Shown piece after piece: positions 27,170 to 40,600 of a stretch of 64,000 nt of DNA. The position numbers and the translations under genes were made by a program. The DNA lies in the NCBI GenBank assembly GCA_964016885.1, contig OZ024744.1:16120001-16184000 (forward strand). The letters are read 5' to 3'. The DNA is from Eledone cirrhosa (Eukaryota). Below the pieces are notes generated by a model. It was not told where the DNA came from, did no database searches, and was given only the letters and a program-made list of their open reading frames with translations. The stretch's first letter is position 1. The number at the start of each line of letters is the position of its first letter.

Positions 27170-30100
27170 TCTGAATGAAGTTGGAGAAAAAGAGTATGAA
27201 GGAAGTTGGGGAAGAAGGTATGAAGGAAGTTGGAGAAGAAGAATATGAATTAAGTTGGGGAAGAAGGTATGAAAGAAGTTGGAGAAGGAGAATATGAAGG
27301 AAGTTGAAGGAGGAGAATATGAAGGAAGTTGAAGAAGGAAAATATGAAAGAAGTTGGAGAAGGAGAGTATGCAGGAAGTTAGAGAAGGAGAGTATGAAGT
27401 AAGTTGGAGATGGAGAGTATGAAGGAAGTTGAATAAGGAGAATATCAAGGAAGTTGGAGAAGGAGAGTGTGATTGAAGTTGGAGAAGGAGAGTATGAAGG
27501 AAGTTGGAGAAGGAGAATATGAAGGAAGTTGGAAAAGGAGAGTATGAAGTACGTTGAAGGAGGAGAGTATGAAATAAGTTGGAGATGGAGAATATGAAGG
27601 AAGTTGGAGAAGGATAATATGAAGGAAGTTGGAGGAGAAGAGTATGAAGGAAGTTGCAGAATGAGAATCTGACGGACGTTGGAGAAGGAGAGTAGGAAAG
27701 AAGTTGGAGAAGGATAATATGAAGGAAGTTGGATAAGGAGAATATGAAGGAAGTTGAAAGAGGAGAATATTAAAGAAGTTGGAAAAGGAGAGTATGAAGG
27801 AAGTTGGAGAATGAGACTATGAAGGAAGTTGGAGAAGGAAAGTGTGAAGGAAGTTGGAGAAGGAGAGTATGAAGGAAGTTGGAGAAGGAGATTATGTAGG
27901 AAGTTGGAGAAGGAGAGTATGAAGGAAGTTGGAGAAGGAACGTATGATGGAAGTTGGAGAAGGAGATTATGAAGGAAGTTGAATAAGGAGAATATGAAGG
28001 AAGTTGGAGAAGGAGAGTATGAAGGAAGTTGGAGAAGTAGAATATGAAGGAAGTTGGGGAAGAAGGTATGAAGGAAGTTGGAGAAGGAGAGTCTGAAGGA
28101 AGTTGGAGATGGAGAGTATGAAGGAAGTTGAAGAAGGAGAGTATGAAGGAAGTTGGAGAAGTAGAGTATGAAGGAAGTTGGAGATGGAGAGTATGAAGGA
28201 AGTTGAATAAGGAGAATATCAAGGAAGTTGGAGAAGGAGAGTGTGATTGAAGTTGGAGAAGAAGACTATGAAGTAAGTTGGAGAAGGAGAATATGAAGGA
28301 AGTTGGAAAAGGAGAGTATGAAGGAGGTTGGAGGAGGAGAGTATGAAGGATGTTGGAGATGGAGAATATGAAGGAAGTTGGAGAAGGATAATATGAAGGA
28401 AGTTGGAGAAGGAGTGTATGAAGGAAGTTGGAGAAGGAGAATATGAAGGAAGTTGAAGGAGGAGAATATGAAGGAAGTTGAAGAAGGAGAATATGAAGGA
28501 AGTTGGAGAAGGAGAGTATGAAGGAAGTTGAAGGAAGAAAATATGAAGGAAGTTGGAGAAGGAGAGTATGAAGGTAGGTGGAGAAGGAGAATATGAAGGA
28601 AGTTGAAGAAGGAGAATATGAAGGAAGTTGCAGAAGGATAATATGAAGGAAGTTGGAGAAGGAGAGTATGAAGGAAGTTGGAGAAGGCGAGTATGAAGGA
28701 AATTGGAGAAGGAGGGTATGAATGAGGTTGGAGGAGGAGAGTATGAAGGAAGTTGGAGAAGGAGAATATGAAGGAAATTGGAGAAGGAGCGTATGAAGGA
28801 AGTTGGAGAAAAAGAATATGAAGGAAGTTGTGGAAGAAGATATGAAGGAAGTTGGAGAAGGAGAGTATGAAGAAAGTTGGAGAAGGAGAGTATGAAGGAA
28901 GTTGAAGGAAGAAAATATGAAGGAAGTTGGAGGAGGAGAATATGAAGGAAGTTGGAGAAGGGGAATATGAAGGAAGTTGGAGAAGGAAAATATGAAGGAT
29001 GTTGGAGAAGGATAATATGAAAGAAGTTGGAGAAGGAGAGTATGAAGGAAGTTGGAGAAGGAGAGTATGAAGGAAGTTGGAGAAGGAGATTATGAAGGAA
29101 GTTGGAGAAGGAGAGTATGAAGGAAGTTGGAGAAGGAGCGTATGAAGGAAGTTGAAGGAGGAGAATATGAAGGAATTTGAAGAAGGAGAATATGAACGAA
29201 GTTGGAGAAGGAGAATCTGATGGAAGTTGGAGAAAGAGAGTATGAAGGAAGTTGAAGGAGGAGAATATGAAGGAAGTTGAAGGAGGAGAATATGAACGAA
29301 TTTGGAGAAGGAGAGTATGAAGGAAGTTGGAGAAGGAGAATCTGAAGGATGTTGGAGAAGGAGAGTATGAAGGAAGTTGAAGGTGAAGTATATGAAGGAA
29401 GTTGAAGAAGGAGAATCTGAAGGAAGTTGGAGAAAAAGAGTATGAAGGAAGTTGGGGAAGAAGGTATGAAGGAAGTTGGAGAAGAAGAATATGAATTAAG
29501 TTGGGGAAGAAGGTATGAAAGAAGTTGGAGAAGGAGAATATGAAGGAAGTTGAAGGAGGAGAATATGAAGGAAGTTGAAGAAGGAAAATATGAAAGAAGT
29601 TGGAGAAGGAGAGTATGTAGGAAGTTAGAGAAGGCGAGTATGAAGTAAGTTGGAGATGGAGAGTATGAAGGAAGTTGAATAAGGAGAATATCAAGGAAGT
29701 TGGAGAAGGAGAGTGTGATTGAAGTTGGAGAAGGAGAGTATGAAGGAAGTTGGAGAAGGAGAATATGAAGGAAGTTGGAAAAGGAGAGTATGAAGGAGGT
29801 TGGAGGAGGAGAGTATGAAAGAAGTTGGAGATGGAGAATATGAAGGAAGTTGGAGGAGAATATGAAGGAAGTTGGATAAGGAGAATATGAAGGAAGTTGA
29901 AGGAGGAGAATCTGAAGGAAGTTGGAGAAAGAGAGTATGAAGGAAGTTGAAGGAGGAGAATATGAAGGAAGTTGAAGGAGGAGAATATGAACGAATTTGG
30001 AGAAGGAGAGTATGAAGGAAGTTGGAGAAGGAGAATCTGAAGGAAGTTGGAGAAGGAGAGTATGAAGGAAGTTGAAGGAGAAGAATATGAAGGAAGTTGA

Positions 30101-33100
30101 AGAAAGAGAATCTGAAGGAAGTTGGAGAAGGAGAGTATGAAGGACGTTGAAGAAAGAGAATCTGAAGGAACTTGGAGAAGGAGAGTATGAAGGAAGTTGG
30201 GGGAGGAGAATATGAAGGAAGTTGAAGGAGGAGAATATGAACGAAGTTGAAGAAGGAGAATATGAAGGAAGTTGAAGGAGGAGAATGTGAAGGACGTTGA
30301 AGAAGGAGAATCAGAAGGAAGTTGGAGAAGGAAAGAATGAAGGAAGTTGAAGAAGGAGAATCTGAAAGAAGTTGGAGAAGGAGAGTATGAAGGAAGTTGG
30401 AGAAGGAGAATCTGAAGGAAGTTGGAGAAGGAGAGTATGAAGGAAGTTGAAGGTGAAGTATATGAAGGAAGTTGAAGAAGGAGAATCTGAAGGAAGTTGG
30501 AGAAAAAGAGTATGAAGGAAGTTGGGGAAGAAGGTATGAAGGAAGTTGGAGAAGAAGAATATGAATTAAGTTGGGGAAGAAGGTATGAAAGAAGTTGGAG
30601 AAGGAGAATATGAAGGAAGTTGAATGAGGAGAATATGAAGGAAGTTGAAGAAGGAAAATATGAAAGAAGTTGGAGAAGGAGAGTATGCAGGAAGTTAGAG
30701 AAGGAGAGTGTGATTGAAGTTGGAGAAGGAGAGTATGAAGGAAGTTGGAGAAGGAGAATATGAAGGAAGTTGGAAAAGGAGAGTATGAAGGAGGTTGAAG
30801 GAGGAGAGTTTGAAAGAAGTTGGAGATGGAGAATATGAAGGAAGTTGGAGAAGGATAATATGAAGGAAGTTGGAGGAGGAGAGTATGAAGGAAGTTGGAG
30901 TAGGAGGATCTGACGGACGTTGGAGAAGGAGAGTAGGAAAGAAGTTGGAGAAGGATAATATGAAGGAAGTTGGATAAGGAGAATATGACGGAAGTTGAAG
31001 GAGGAGAATATTAAAGAAGTTGGAAAAGGAGAGTATGAAGGAAGTTGGAGAAAGAGAATCTGAAGGAAGTTGGAGAAGGAGAGTATGAAGGAAGTTGGAG
31101 AAGGAGACTATGAAGGAAGTTGGAGAAGGAAAGTATGAAGGAAGTTGGAGAAGGAGAGTATGAAGGAAGTTGGAGAAGGAGATTATGTAGGAAGTTGGAG
31201 AAGGAGAGTATGAAGGAAGTTGGAGAAGGAGCGTATGATGGAAGTTGGAAAAGGAGATTATGAAGGAAGTTGAATAAGGAGAATATGAAGGAAGTTGGAG
31301 AAGGAGAGTATGAAGGAAGTTGGAGAAGGAGAGTATGAAGGGGGCTGGAGGAGGAGAATATGAAGGAAGTTGAAGGAGGAGAATATGAAGGAAGTTGGAG
31401 AAGGAGAATATGAAGGAAGTTGGAGAAGGAAAATATAAAGGATGTTGGAGAAGGATAATATGAAAGAAGTTGGAGAAGGAGAGTATGAAGGAAGTTGGTG
31501 AAGGAGAGTATGAAGGAAGTTGGAGAAGGAGATTATGAAGGAAGTTGGAGAAGGAGAGTATGAAGGAAGTTGGAGAAGGAGCGTATGAAGGAAGTTGAAG
31601 GAGGAGAATATGAAGGAAGTTGAAGAAGGAGAATATGAAGGAAGTTGGAGAAGGAGAGTATGAAGGAAGTTGAAGGAAGAAAATATGAAGGAAGTTGGAG
31701 GAGGAGAATATGAAGGATGTTGGAGAAGAATAATATGAAAGAAGTTGGAGAAGGAGAGTATGAAGGAAGTTGTAGAAGGAGAGTATGAAGGAAGTTGGAG
31801 AAGGAGATTATGAAGGAAGTTGGAGAAGGAGAGTATGAAGGAAGTTGGAGAAGGAGAATATGAAGGAAGTTGGGGAAGAAGGTATGAAGGAAGTTGGAGA
31901 AGGAGAGTATGAAGGAAGTTGGAGAAGGAGAATCTGAAGGAAGTTGGAGAAGGAGAGTATGAAGGATGTTGGAGAAGCAGAGTATGACGAAAGTTGGAGA
32001 AGGAGAATAGGAATGAAGTTGTGGAAGAAGGTATGAAAGAAGTTGGAGAAGGAGAATATGAAGGAAGTTGAAGGAGGAGAATATGAAGGAAGTTGAAGAA
32101 GGAAAATATGAAAGAAGTTGGAGAAGGAGAGTATGCAGGAAGTTAGAGAAGGAGAGTATGAAGGAAGTTGGAGATGGAGAGTATGAAGTAAGTTGGAGAA
32201 GGAGAGTATGAAGGAAGTTGAAGAAGGAGAATAAGAAGGAAGTTGGAGAAGGAGAGTATGAAGGAAGTTGAAGGAGCAGAATATGAAGGAAGTTGAAGAA
32301 GGAGAATCTGAAGGAAGTTGGAGAAAGAGAGTATGAAGGAAGTTGAAGGAGGAGAATATGAAGGAAGTTGAAGGAGGAGAATATGAACGAATTTGGAGAA
32401 GGAGAGTATGAAGGGAGTTGGAGAAGGAGAATCTAAGGAAGTTGGAGAAGGAGAGTATGAAGGAAGTTGAAGGAGAAGAATATGAAGGAAGTTGAAGAAA
32501 GAGAATCAGAAGGAAGTTGGAGAAAAAGAGTATGAAGGAAGTTGGGGAAGAAGGTATGAAGGAAGTTGGAGAAGAAGAATTTGAATTAAGTTGGGGAAGA
32601 AGGTATGAAAGAAGTTGGAGAAGGAGAATATGAAGGAAGTTGAAGGAGGAGAATATGAAGGAAGTTGAAGAAGGAAAATATGAAAGAAGTTGGAGAAGGA
32701 GAGTATGCAGGAAGTTAGAGAAGGAGAGTATGAAGTAAGTTGGAGATGGAGAGTATGAAGGAAGTTGAATAAGGAGAATATCAAGGAAGTTGGAGAAGGA
32801 GAGTGTGATTGAAGTTGGAGAAGGAGAGTATGAAGGAAGTTGGAGAAGGAGAATATGAAGGAAGTTGGAAAAGGAGAGTATGAAGTACGTTGAAGGAGGA
32901 GAGTATGAAATAAGTTGGAGATGGAGAATATGAAGGAAGTTGGAGAAGGATAATATGAAGGAAGTTGGAGGAGGAGAGTATGAAGGAAGTTGCAGAATGA
33001 GAATCTGACGGACGTTGGAGAAGGAGAGTAGGAAAGAAGTTGGAGAAGGATAATATGAAGGAAGTTGGATAAGGAGAATATGAAGGAAGTTGAAAGAGGA

Positions 33101-36100
33101 GAATATTAAAGAAGTTGGAAAAGGAGAGTATGAAGGAAGTTGGAGAATGAGACTATGAAGGAAGTTGGAGAAGGAAAGTGTGAAGGAAGTTGGAGAAGGA
33201 GAGTATGAAGGAAGTTGGAGAAGGAGATTATGTAGGAAGTTGGAGAAGGAGAGTATGAAGGAAGTTGGAGAAGGAGCGTATGATGGAAGTTGGAGAAGGA
33301 GATTATGAAGGAAGTTGAATAAGGAGAATATGAAGGAAGTTGGAGAAGGAGAGTATGAAGGAAGTTGGAGAAGTAGAATATGAAGGAAGTTGGGGAAGAA
33401 GGTATGAAGGAAGTTGGAGAAGGAGAGTCTGAAGGAAGTTGGAGATGGAGAGTATGAAGGAAGTTGAAGAAGGAGAGTATGAAGGAAGTTGGAGAAGTAG
33501 AGTATGAAGGAAGTTGGAGATGGAGAGTATGAAGGAAGTTGAATAAGGAGAATATCAAGGAAGTTGGAGAAGGAGAGTGTGATTGAAGTTGGAGAAGAAG
33601 ACTATGAAGTAAGTTGGAGAAGGAGAATATGAAGGAAGTTGGAAAAGGAGAGTATGAAGGAGGTTGGAGGAGGAGAGTATGAAGGATGTTGGAGATGGAG
33701 AATATGAAGGAAGTTGGAGAAGGATAATATGAAGGAAGTTGGAGAAGGAGTGTATGAAGGAAGTTGGAGAAGGAGAATATGAAGGAAGTTGAAGGAGGAG
33801 AATATGAAGGAAGTTGAAGAAGGAGAATATGAAGGAAGTTGGAGAAGGAGAGTATGAAGGAAGTTGAAGGAAGAAAATATGAAGGAAGTTGGAGAAGGAG
33901 AGTATGAAGGTAGGTGGAGAAGGAGAATATGAAGGAAGTTGAAGAAGGAGAATATGAAGGAAGTTGCAGAAGGATAATATGAAGGAAGTTGGAGAAGGAG
34001 AGTATGAAGGAAGTTGGAGAAGGCGAGTATGAAGGAAATTGGAGAAGGAGGGTATGAATGAGGTTGGAGGAGGAGAGTATGAAGGAAGTTGGAGAAGGAG
34101 AATATGAATGAAATTGGAGAAGGAGCGTATGAAGGAAGTTGGAGAAAAAGAATATGAAGGAAGTTGTGGAAGAAGATATGAAGGAAGTTGGAGAAGGAGA
34201 GTATGAAGAAAGTTGGAGAAGGAGAGTATGAAGGAAGTTGAAGGAAGAAAATATGAAGGAAGTTGGAGGAGGAGAATATGAAGGAAGTTGGAGAAGGGGA
34301 ATATGAAGGAAGTTGGAGAAGGAAAATATGAAGGATGTTGGAGAAGGATAATATGAAAGAAGTTGGAGAAGGAGAGTATGAAGGAAGTTGGAGAAGGAGA
34401 GTATGAAGGAAGTTGGAGAAGGAGATTATGAAGGAAGTTGGAGAAGGAGAGTATGAAGGAAGTTGGAGAAGGAGCGTATGAAGGAAGTTGAAGGAGGAGA
34501 ATATGAAGGAATTTGAAGAAGGAGAATATGAAGGAAGTTGGAGAAGGAGAATCTGATGGAAGTTGGAGAAAGAGAGTATGAAGGAAGTTGAAGGAGGAGA
34601 ATATGAAGGAAGTTGAAGGAGGAGAATATGAACGAATTTGGAGAAGGAGAGTATGAAGGAAGTTGGAAAAGGAGAATCTGAAGGATGTTGGAGAAGGAGA
34701 GTATGAAGGAAGTTGAAGGTGAAGTATATGAAGGAAGTTGAAGAAGGAGAATCTGAAGGAAGTTGGAGAAAAAGAGTATGAAGGAAGTTGGGGAAGAAGG
34801 TATGAAGGAAGTTGGAGAAGAAGAATATGAATTAAGTTGGGGAAGAAGGTATGAAAGAAGTTGGAGAAGGAGAATATGAAGGAAGTTGAAGGAGGAGAAT
34901 ATGAAGGAAGTTGAAGAAGGAAAATATGAAAGAAGTTGGAGAAGGAGAGTATGTAGGAAGTTAGAGAAGGCGAGTATGAAGTAAGTTGGAGATGGAGAGT
35001 ATGAAGGAAGTTGAATAAGGAGAATATCAAGGAAGTTGGAGAAGGAGAGTGTGATTGAAGTTGGAGAAGGAGAGTATGAAGGAAGTTGGAGAAGGAGAAT
35101 ATGAAGGAAGTTGGAAAAGGAGAGTATGAAGGAGGTTGGAGGAGGAGAGTATGAAAGAAGTTGGAGATGGAGAATATGAAGGAAGTTGGAGGAGAATATG
35201 AAGGAAGTTGGATAAGGAGAATATGAAGGAAGTTGAAGGAGGAGAATCTGAAGGAAGTTGGAGAAAGAGAGTATGAAGGAAGTTGAAGGAGGAGAATATG
35301 AAGGAAGTTGAAGGAGGAGAATATGAACGAATTTGGAGAAGGAGAGTATGAAGGAAGTTGGAGAAGGAGAATCTGAAGGAAGTTGGAGAAGGAGAGTATG
35401 AAGGAAGTTGAAGGAGAAGAATATGAAGGAAGTTGAAGAAAGAGAATCTGAAGGAAGTTGGAGAAGGAGAGTATGAAGGACGTTGAAGAAAGAGAATCTG
35501 AAGGAAGTTGGAGAAGGAGAGTATGAAGGAAGTTGGGGGAGGAGAATATGAAGGAAGTTGAAGGAGGAGAATATGAACGAAGTTGAAGAAGGAGAATATG
35601 AAGGAAGTTGAAGGAGGAGAATGTGAAGGAAGTTGAAGAAGGAGAATCAGAAGGAAGTTGGAGAAGGAAAGAATGAAGGAAGTTGAAGAAGGAGAATCTG
35701 AAAGAAGTTGGAGAAGGAGAGTATGAAGGAAGTTGGAGAAGGAGAATCTGAAGGAAGTTGGAGAAGGAGAGTATGAAGGAAGTTGAAGGTGAAGTATATG
35801 AAGGAAGTTGAAGAAGGAGAATCTGAAGGAAGTTGGAGAAAAAGAGTATGAAGGAAGTTGGGGAAGAAGGTATGAAGGAAGTTGGAGAAGAAGAATATGA
35901 ATTAAGTTGGGGAAGAAGGTATGAAAGAAGTTGGAGAAGGAGAATATGAAGGAAGTTGGAAAAGGAGAGTATGAAGGAGGTTGAAGGAGGAGAGTTTGAA
36001 AGAAGTTGGAGATGGAGAATATGAAGGAAGTTGGAGAAGGATAATATGAAGGAAGTTGGAGGAGGAGAGTATGAAGGAAGTTGGAGTAGGAGGATCTGAC

Positions 36101-37680
36101 GGACGTTGGAGAAGGAGAGTAGGAAAGAAGTTGGAGAAGGATAATATGAAGGAAGTTGGATAAGGAGAATATGACGGAAGTTGAAGGAGGAGAATATTAA
36201 AGAAGTTGGAAAAGGAGAGTATGAAGGAAGTTGGAGAAAGAGAATCTGAAGGAAGTTGGAGAAGGAGAGTATGAAGGAAGTTGGAGAATGAGACTATGAA
36301 GGAAGTTGGAGAAGGAAAGTATGAAGGAAGTTGGAGAAGGAGAGTATGAAGGAAGTTGGAGAAGGAGATTATGTAGGAAGTTGGAGAAGAAGAGTATGAA
36401 GGAAATTGGAGAAGGAGCGTATGATGGAAGTTGGAAAAGGAGATTATGAAGGAGGTTGAATAAGGAGAATATGAAGGAAGTTGGAGAAGGAGAGTATGAA
36501 GGAAGTTGGAGAAGGAGAGTAGGAAGGGGGCTGGAGGAGGAGAATATGAAGGAAGTTGAAGGAGGAGAATATGAAGGAAGTTGGAGAAGGAGAATATGAA
36601 GGAAGTTGGAGAAGGAAAATATAAAGGATGTTGGAGAAGGATAATATGAAAGAAGTTGGAGAAGGAGAGTATGAAGGAAGTTGGTGAAGGAGAGTATGAA
36701 GGAAGTTGGAGAAGGAGATTATGAAGGAAGTTGGAGAAGGAGAGTATGAAGGAAGTTGGAGAAGGAGCGTATGAAGGAAGTTGAAGGAGGAGAATATGAA
36801 GGAAGTTGAAGAAGGAGAATATGAAGGAAGTTGGAGAAGGAGAGTATGAAGGAAGTTGAAGGAAGAAAATATGAAGGAAGTTGGAGGAGGAGAATATGAA
36901 GGATGTTGGAGAAGAATAATATGAAAGAAGTTGGAGAAGGAGAGTATGAAGGAAGTTGTAGAAGGAGAGTATGAAGGAAGTTGGAGAAGGAGATTATGAA
37001 GGAAGTTGGAGAAGGAGAATATGAAGGAAGTTGGGGAAGAAGGTATGAAGGAAGTTGGAGAAGGAGAGTATGAAGGAAGTTGGAGAAGGAGAATCTGAAG
37101 GAAGTTGGAGAAGGAGAGTATGAAGGATGTTGGAGAAGCAGAGTATGACGAAAGTTGGAGAAGGAGAATAGGAATGAAGTTGTGGAAGAAGGTATGAAAG
37201 AAGTTGGAGAAGGAGAATATGAAGGAAGTTGAAGGAGGAGAATATGAAGGAAGTTGAAGAAGGAAAATATGAAAGAAGTTGGAGAAGGAGAGTATGCAGG
37301 AAGTTAGAGAAGGAGAGTATGAAGGAAGTTGGAGATGGAGAGTATGAAGTAAGTTGGAGAAGGAGAGTATGAAGGAAGTTGAAGAAGGAGAATAAGAAGG
37401 AAGTTGGAGAAGGAGAGTATGAAGGAAGTTGAAGGAGCAGAATATGAAGGAAGTTGAAGAAGGAGAATCTGAAGGAAGTTGGAGAAAGAGAGTATGAAGG
37501 AAGTTGAAGGAGGAGAATATGAAGGAAGTTGAAGGAGAAGAATATGAACGAATTTGGAGAAGGAGAGTATGAAGGGAGTTGGAGAAGGAGAATCTAAGGA
37601 AGTTGGAGAAGGAGAGTATGAAGGAAGTTGAAGGAGAAGAATATGAAGGAAGTTGAAGAAAGAGAATCAGAAGGAAGTTG
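27170..37680 (+). repeat. About 5.3-kb tandem higher-order duplication (about 27170-32510 / about 32510-37680; offset 5336, then 5186, then 5161)
   Basis: ORF pairs 27770..28222/33106..33558 and 28219..29694/33555..35030 have offset 5336. GAGTTTGAAAG at 30806/35992 gives 5186 (6 monomers lost). ATCTAAGGA at 32431/37592 gives 5161. Confidence 0.92.
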
Positions 37681-40600
37681 GAGAAGGAGAGTATGAAGGA
37701 ATTTGAAGAAGGAGAATCTGAAGGAAGTTGGAGAAGGAGAGTGTGAAGGAAGTTGGGGGAGGAGAATATGAAGGAATTTGAAGGAGGAGAATATGAACGA
37801 AGTTGAAGAAGGAGAATATGAAGGAAGTTGAAGGAGGAGAACATGAAGGAAGTTGAAGAAGGAGAATCTGAAAGAAGTTGGAGAAGGAGAGTATGAAGGA
37901 AGTTGGAGAAGGAGAATCTGAAGGAAGTTGGAGAAGGAGAGTATGAAGGAAGTTGAAGGTGAAGTATATGAAGGAAGTTGAAGAAGGAGAATCTGAAGGA
38001 AGTTGGAGAAAAAGAGTATGAAGGAAGTTGGGGAAGAAGGTATGAGGGAAGTTGGAGAATAAGAATATGAAGGAAGTTGAGGAAGAAGGTATGAAGGAAG
38101 TTGGAGAAGAAGAATATGAATGAAGTTGGGAAAGAAGGTATGAAAGAAGTTGGAGAAGGAGAATATGAAGGAAGTTGAAGGAGAAGAATATGAAGGAAGT
38201 TGAAGAAGGAAAATATGAAAGAAGTTGGAGAAGGAGAGTATGCACGAAGTTAGAGAAGTAGAGTATGAAGGAAGTTGGAGAAGGAGAATCTGAAGGAAGT
38301 TGGAGAAGGAGAGTATGAAGGAAGTTGGAGAAGCAGACTATGAAGGAAGTTGGAGAAGGAAAGTATGAAGGAAGTTGGAGAAGGAGAGTATGAAGGAAGT
38401 TGGAGAAGGAGATTATGTAGGAAGTTGGAAAAGGAGAGTATGAAGGAAGTTGGAGAAGGAGCGTATGATGGAAGTTGGAGAAGGAGATTATGAAGGAAGT
38501 TGAATAAGGAGAATATGAAGGAAGTTGGAGAAGGAGAGTATGAAGGAAGTTGGAGAAGGAGAGTATGAAGGGGGCTGGAGGAGGAGAATATGAAGGAAGT
38601 TGGAGAAGGAGAGTATGAAGGAAGTTGGAGAAGTAGAATATGAAGGAAGTTGGGGAAGAAGGTATGAAGGAAGTTGGAGAAGGAGAGTCTGAAGGAAGTT
38701 GGAGAAGGAGAGTGTGATTGAAGTTGGAGAAGAAGAGTATGAAGGAAGTTGGAGAAGTAGAATATGAAGGAAGTTGGAAAAGGAGAGTATGAAGGAGGTT
38801 GGAGGAGGAGAGTATGAAGGAAGTTGGAGATGGAGAATATGAAGGAAGTTGGAGAAGGATAATATGAAGGAAGTTGGAGAAGGGGTGTATGAAGGAATTT
38901 GGAGAAGGAGAATATGAAGGAAGTTGAAGGAGGAGAATATGAAGGAAGTTGAAGAAGGAGAATATGAAGGAAGTTGGAGAAGGAGAGTATGAAGGAAGTT
39001 GAAGGAAGAAAATATGACGGAAGTTGGAGAAGGAGAGTATGAAGGAAGTTGGAGAAGGAGAATATGAAGGAAGTTGAAGAAGGAGAATATGAAGGAAGTT
39101 GCAGAAGGATAATATGAAGGAAGTTGGAGAAGGAGAGTATGAAGGAAGTTGAAGGAAGAAAATATGAAGGAAGTTGGAGGAGGAGAATATGAAGGAAGTT
39201 GGAGAAGGAGAATATGAAGGAAGTTGGAGAAGGAAAATATGAAGGATGTTGGAGAAGGATAATATGAAAGAAGTTGGAGAAGGAGAGTATGAAGGAAGTT
39301 GGTGAAGGAGAGTATGAAGGAAGTTGGAGAAGGAGATTATGAAGGAAGTTGGAGAAGGAGAGTATGAAGGAAGTTGAAGGAGGAGAATATGAAGGAAGTT
39401 GAAGAAGGAGAATATGAAGGAAGTTGGAGAAGGAGAGTATGAAGGAAGTTGAAGGAAGAAAATATGAAGGAAGTTCGAGGAGGAGAATATGAAGGATGTT
39501 GGAGAAGAAGAATATGAAAGAAGTTGGAGAAGGAGAGTATGAAGGAAGTTGTAGAAGGAGAGTATGAAGTAAGTTGGAGAAGGAGATTATGAAGGAAGTT
39601 GGAGAAGGAGAGTATGAAGGAAGTTGGAGAAGGAGAGTATGAAGGAAGTTGAAGAAGGAGAATAAGAAGGAAGTTGGAGAAGGATAGTAGGAAGGAAGTT
39701 GGAGAAGGAGAATATGAAGGAAGTTGGAAAAGGAGAGTATGAAGGAGGTTGGAGGAGGAGAGTATGAAAGAAGTTGGAGATGGAGAATATGAAGGAAGTT
39801 GGAGAAGGATAATATGAAGGAAGTTGGAGGAGGAGAGTATGAAGGAAGTTGGAGAAGGAGAATCTGACGGACGTTGGAGAAGGAGAGTAGGATAGAAGTT
39901 GGAGAAGGATAATATGAAGGAAGTTGGATAAGGTGAATATGACGGAAGTTGAAGGAGGAGAATATTAAAGAAGTTGGAAAAGGAGAGTATGAAGGAAGTT
40001 GGAGAAAGAGAATCTGAAGGAAGTTGGAGAAGGAGAGTGTGAAGGAAGTTGGAGAAGGAGACTATGAAGGAAGTTGGAGAAGGAAAGTATGAAGGAAGTT
40101 GGGGAAGGAGAGTATGAAGGAAGTTGGAGAAGGAGATTATGTAGGAAGTTGGAGAAGGAGAGTATGAAGGAAGTTGGAGAAGGAGCGTATGATGGAAGTT
40201 GGAGAAGGAGATTATGAAGGAAGTTGAATAAGGAGAATATGAAGGAAGTTGGAGAAGGAGAGTATGAAGGAAGTTGGAGAAAGAGAGTATGAAGGGGGCT
40301 GGAGGAGGAGAATATGAAGGAAGTTGGAGAAGGAGAGTATGAAGGAAGTTGGAGAAGTAGAATATGAAGGAAGTTGGGGAAGAAGGTATGAAGGAAGTTG
40401 GAGAAGGAGAGTCTGAAGGAAGTTGGAGATGGAGAGTATGAAGGAAGTTGAAGAAGGAGAGTATGAAGGAAGTTGGAGAAGTAGAGTATGAAGGAAGTTG
40501 GAGATGGAGAGTATGAAGGAAGTTGAATAAGGAGAATATCAAGGAAGTTGGAGAAGGAGAGTGTGATTGAAGTTGGAGAAGAAGAGTATGAAGGAAGTTG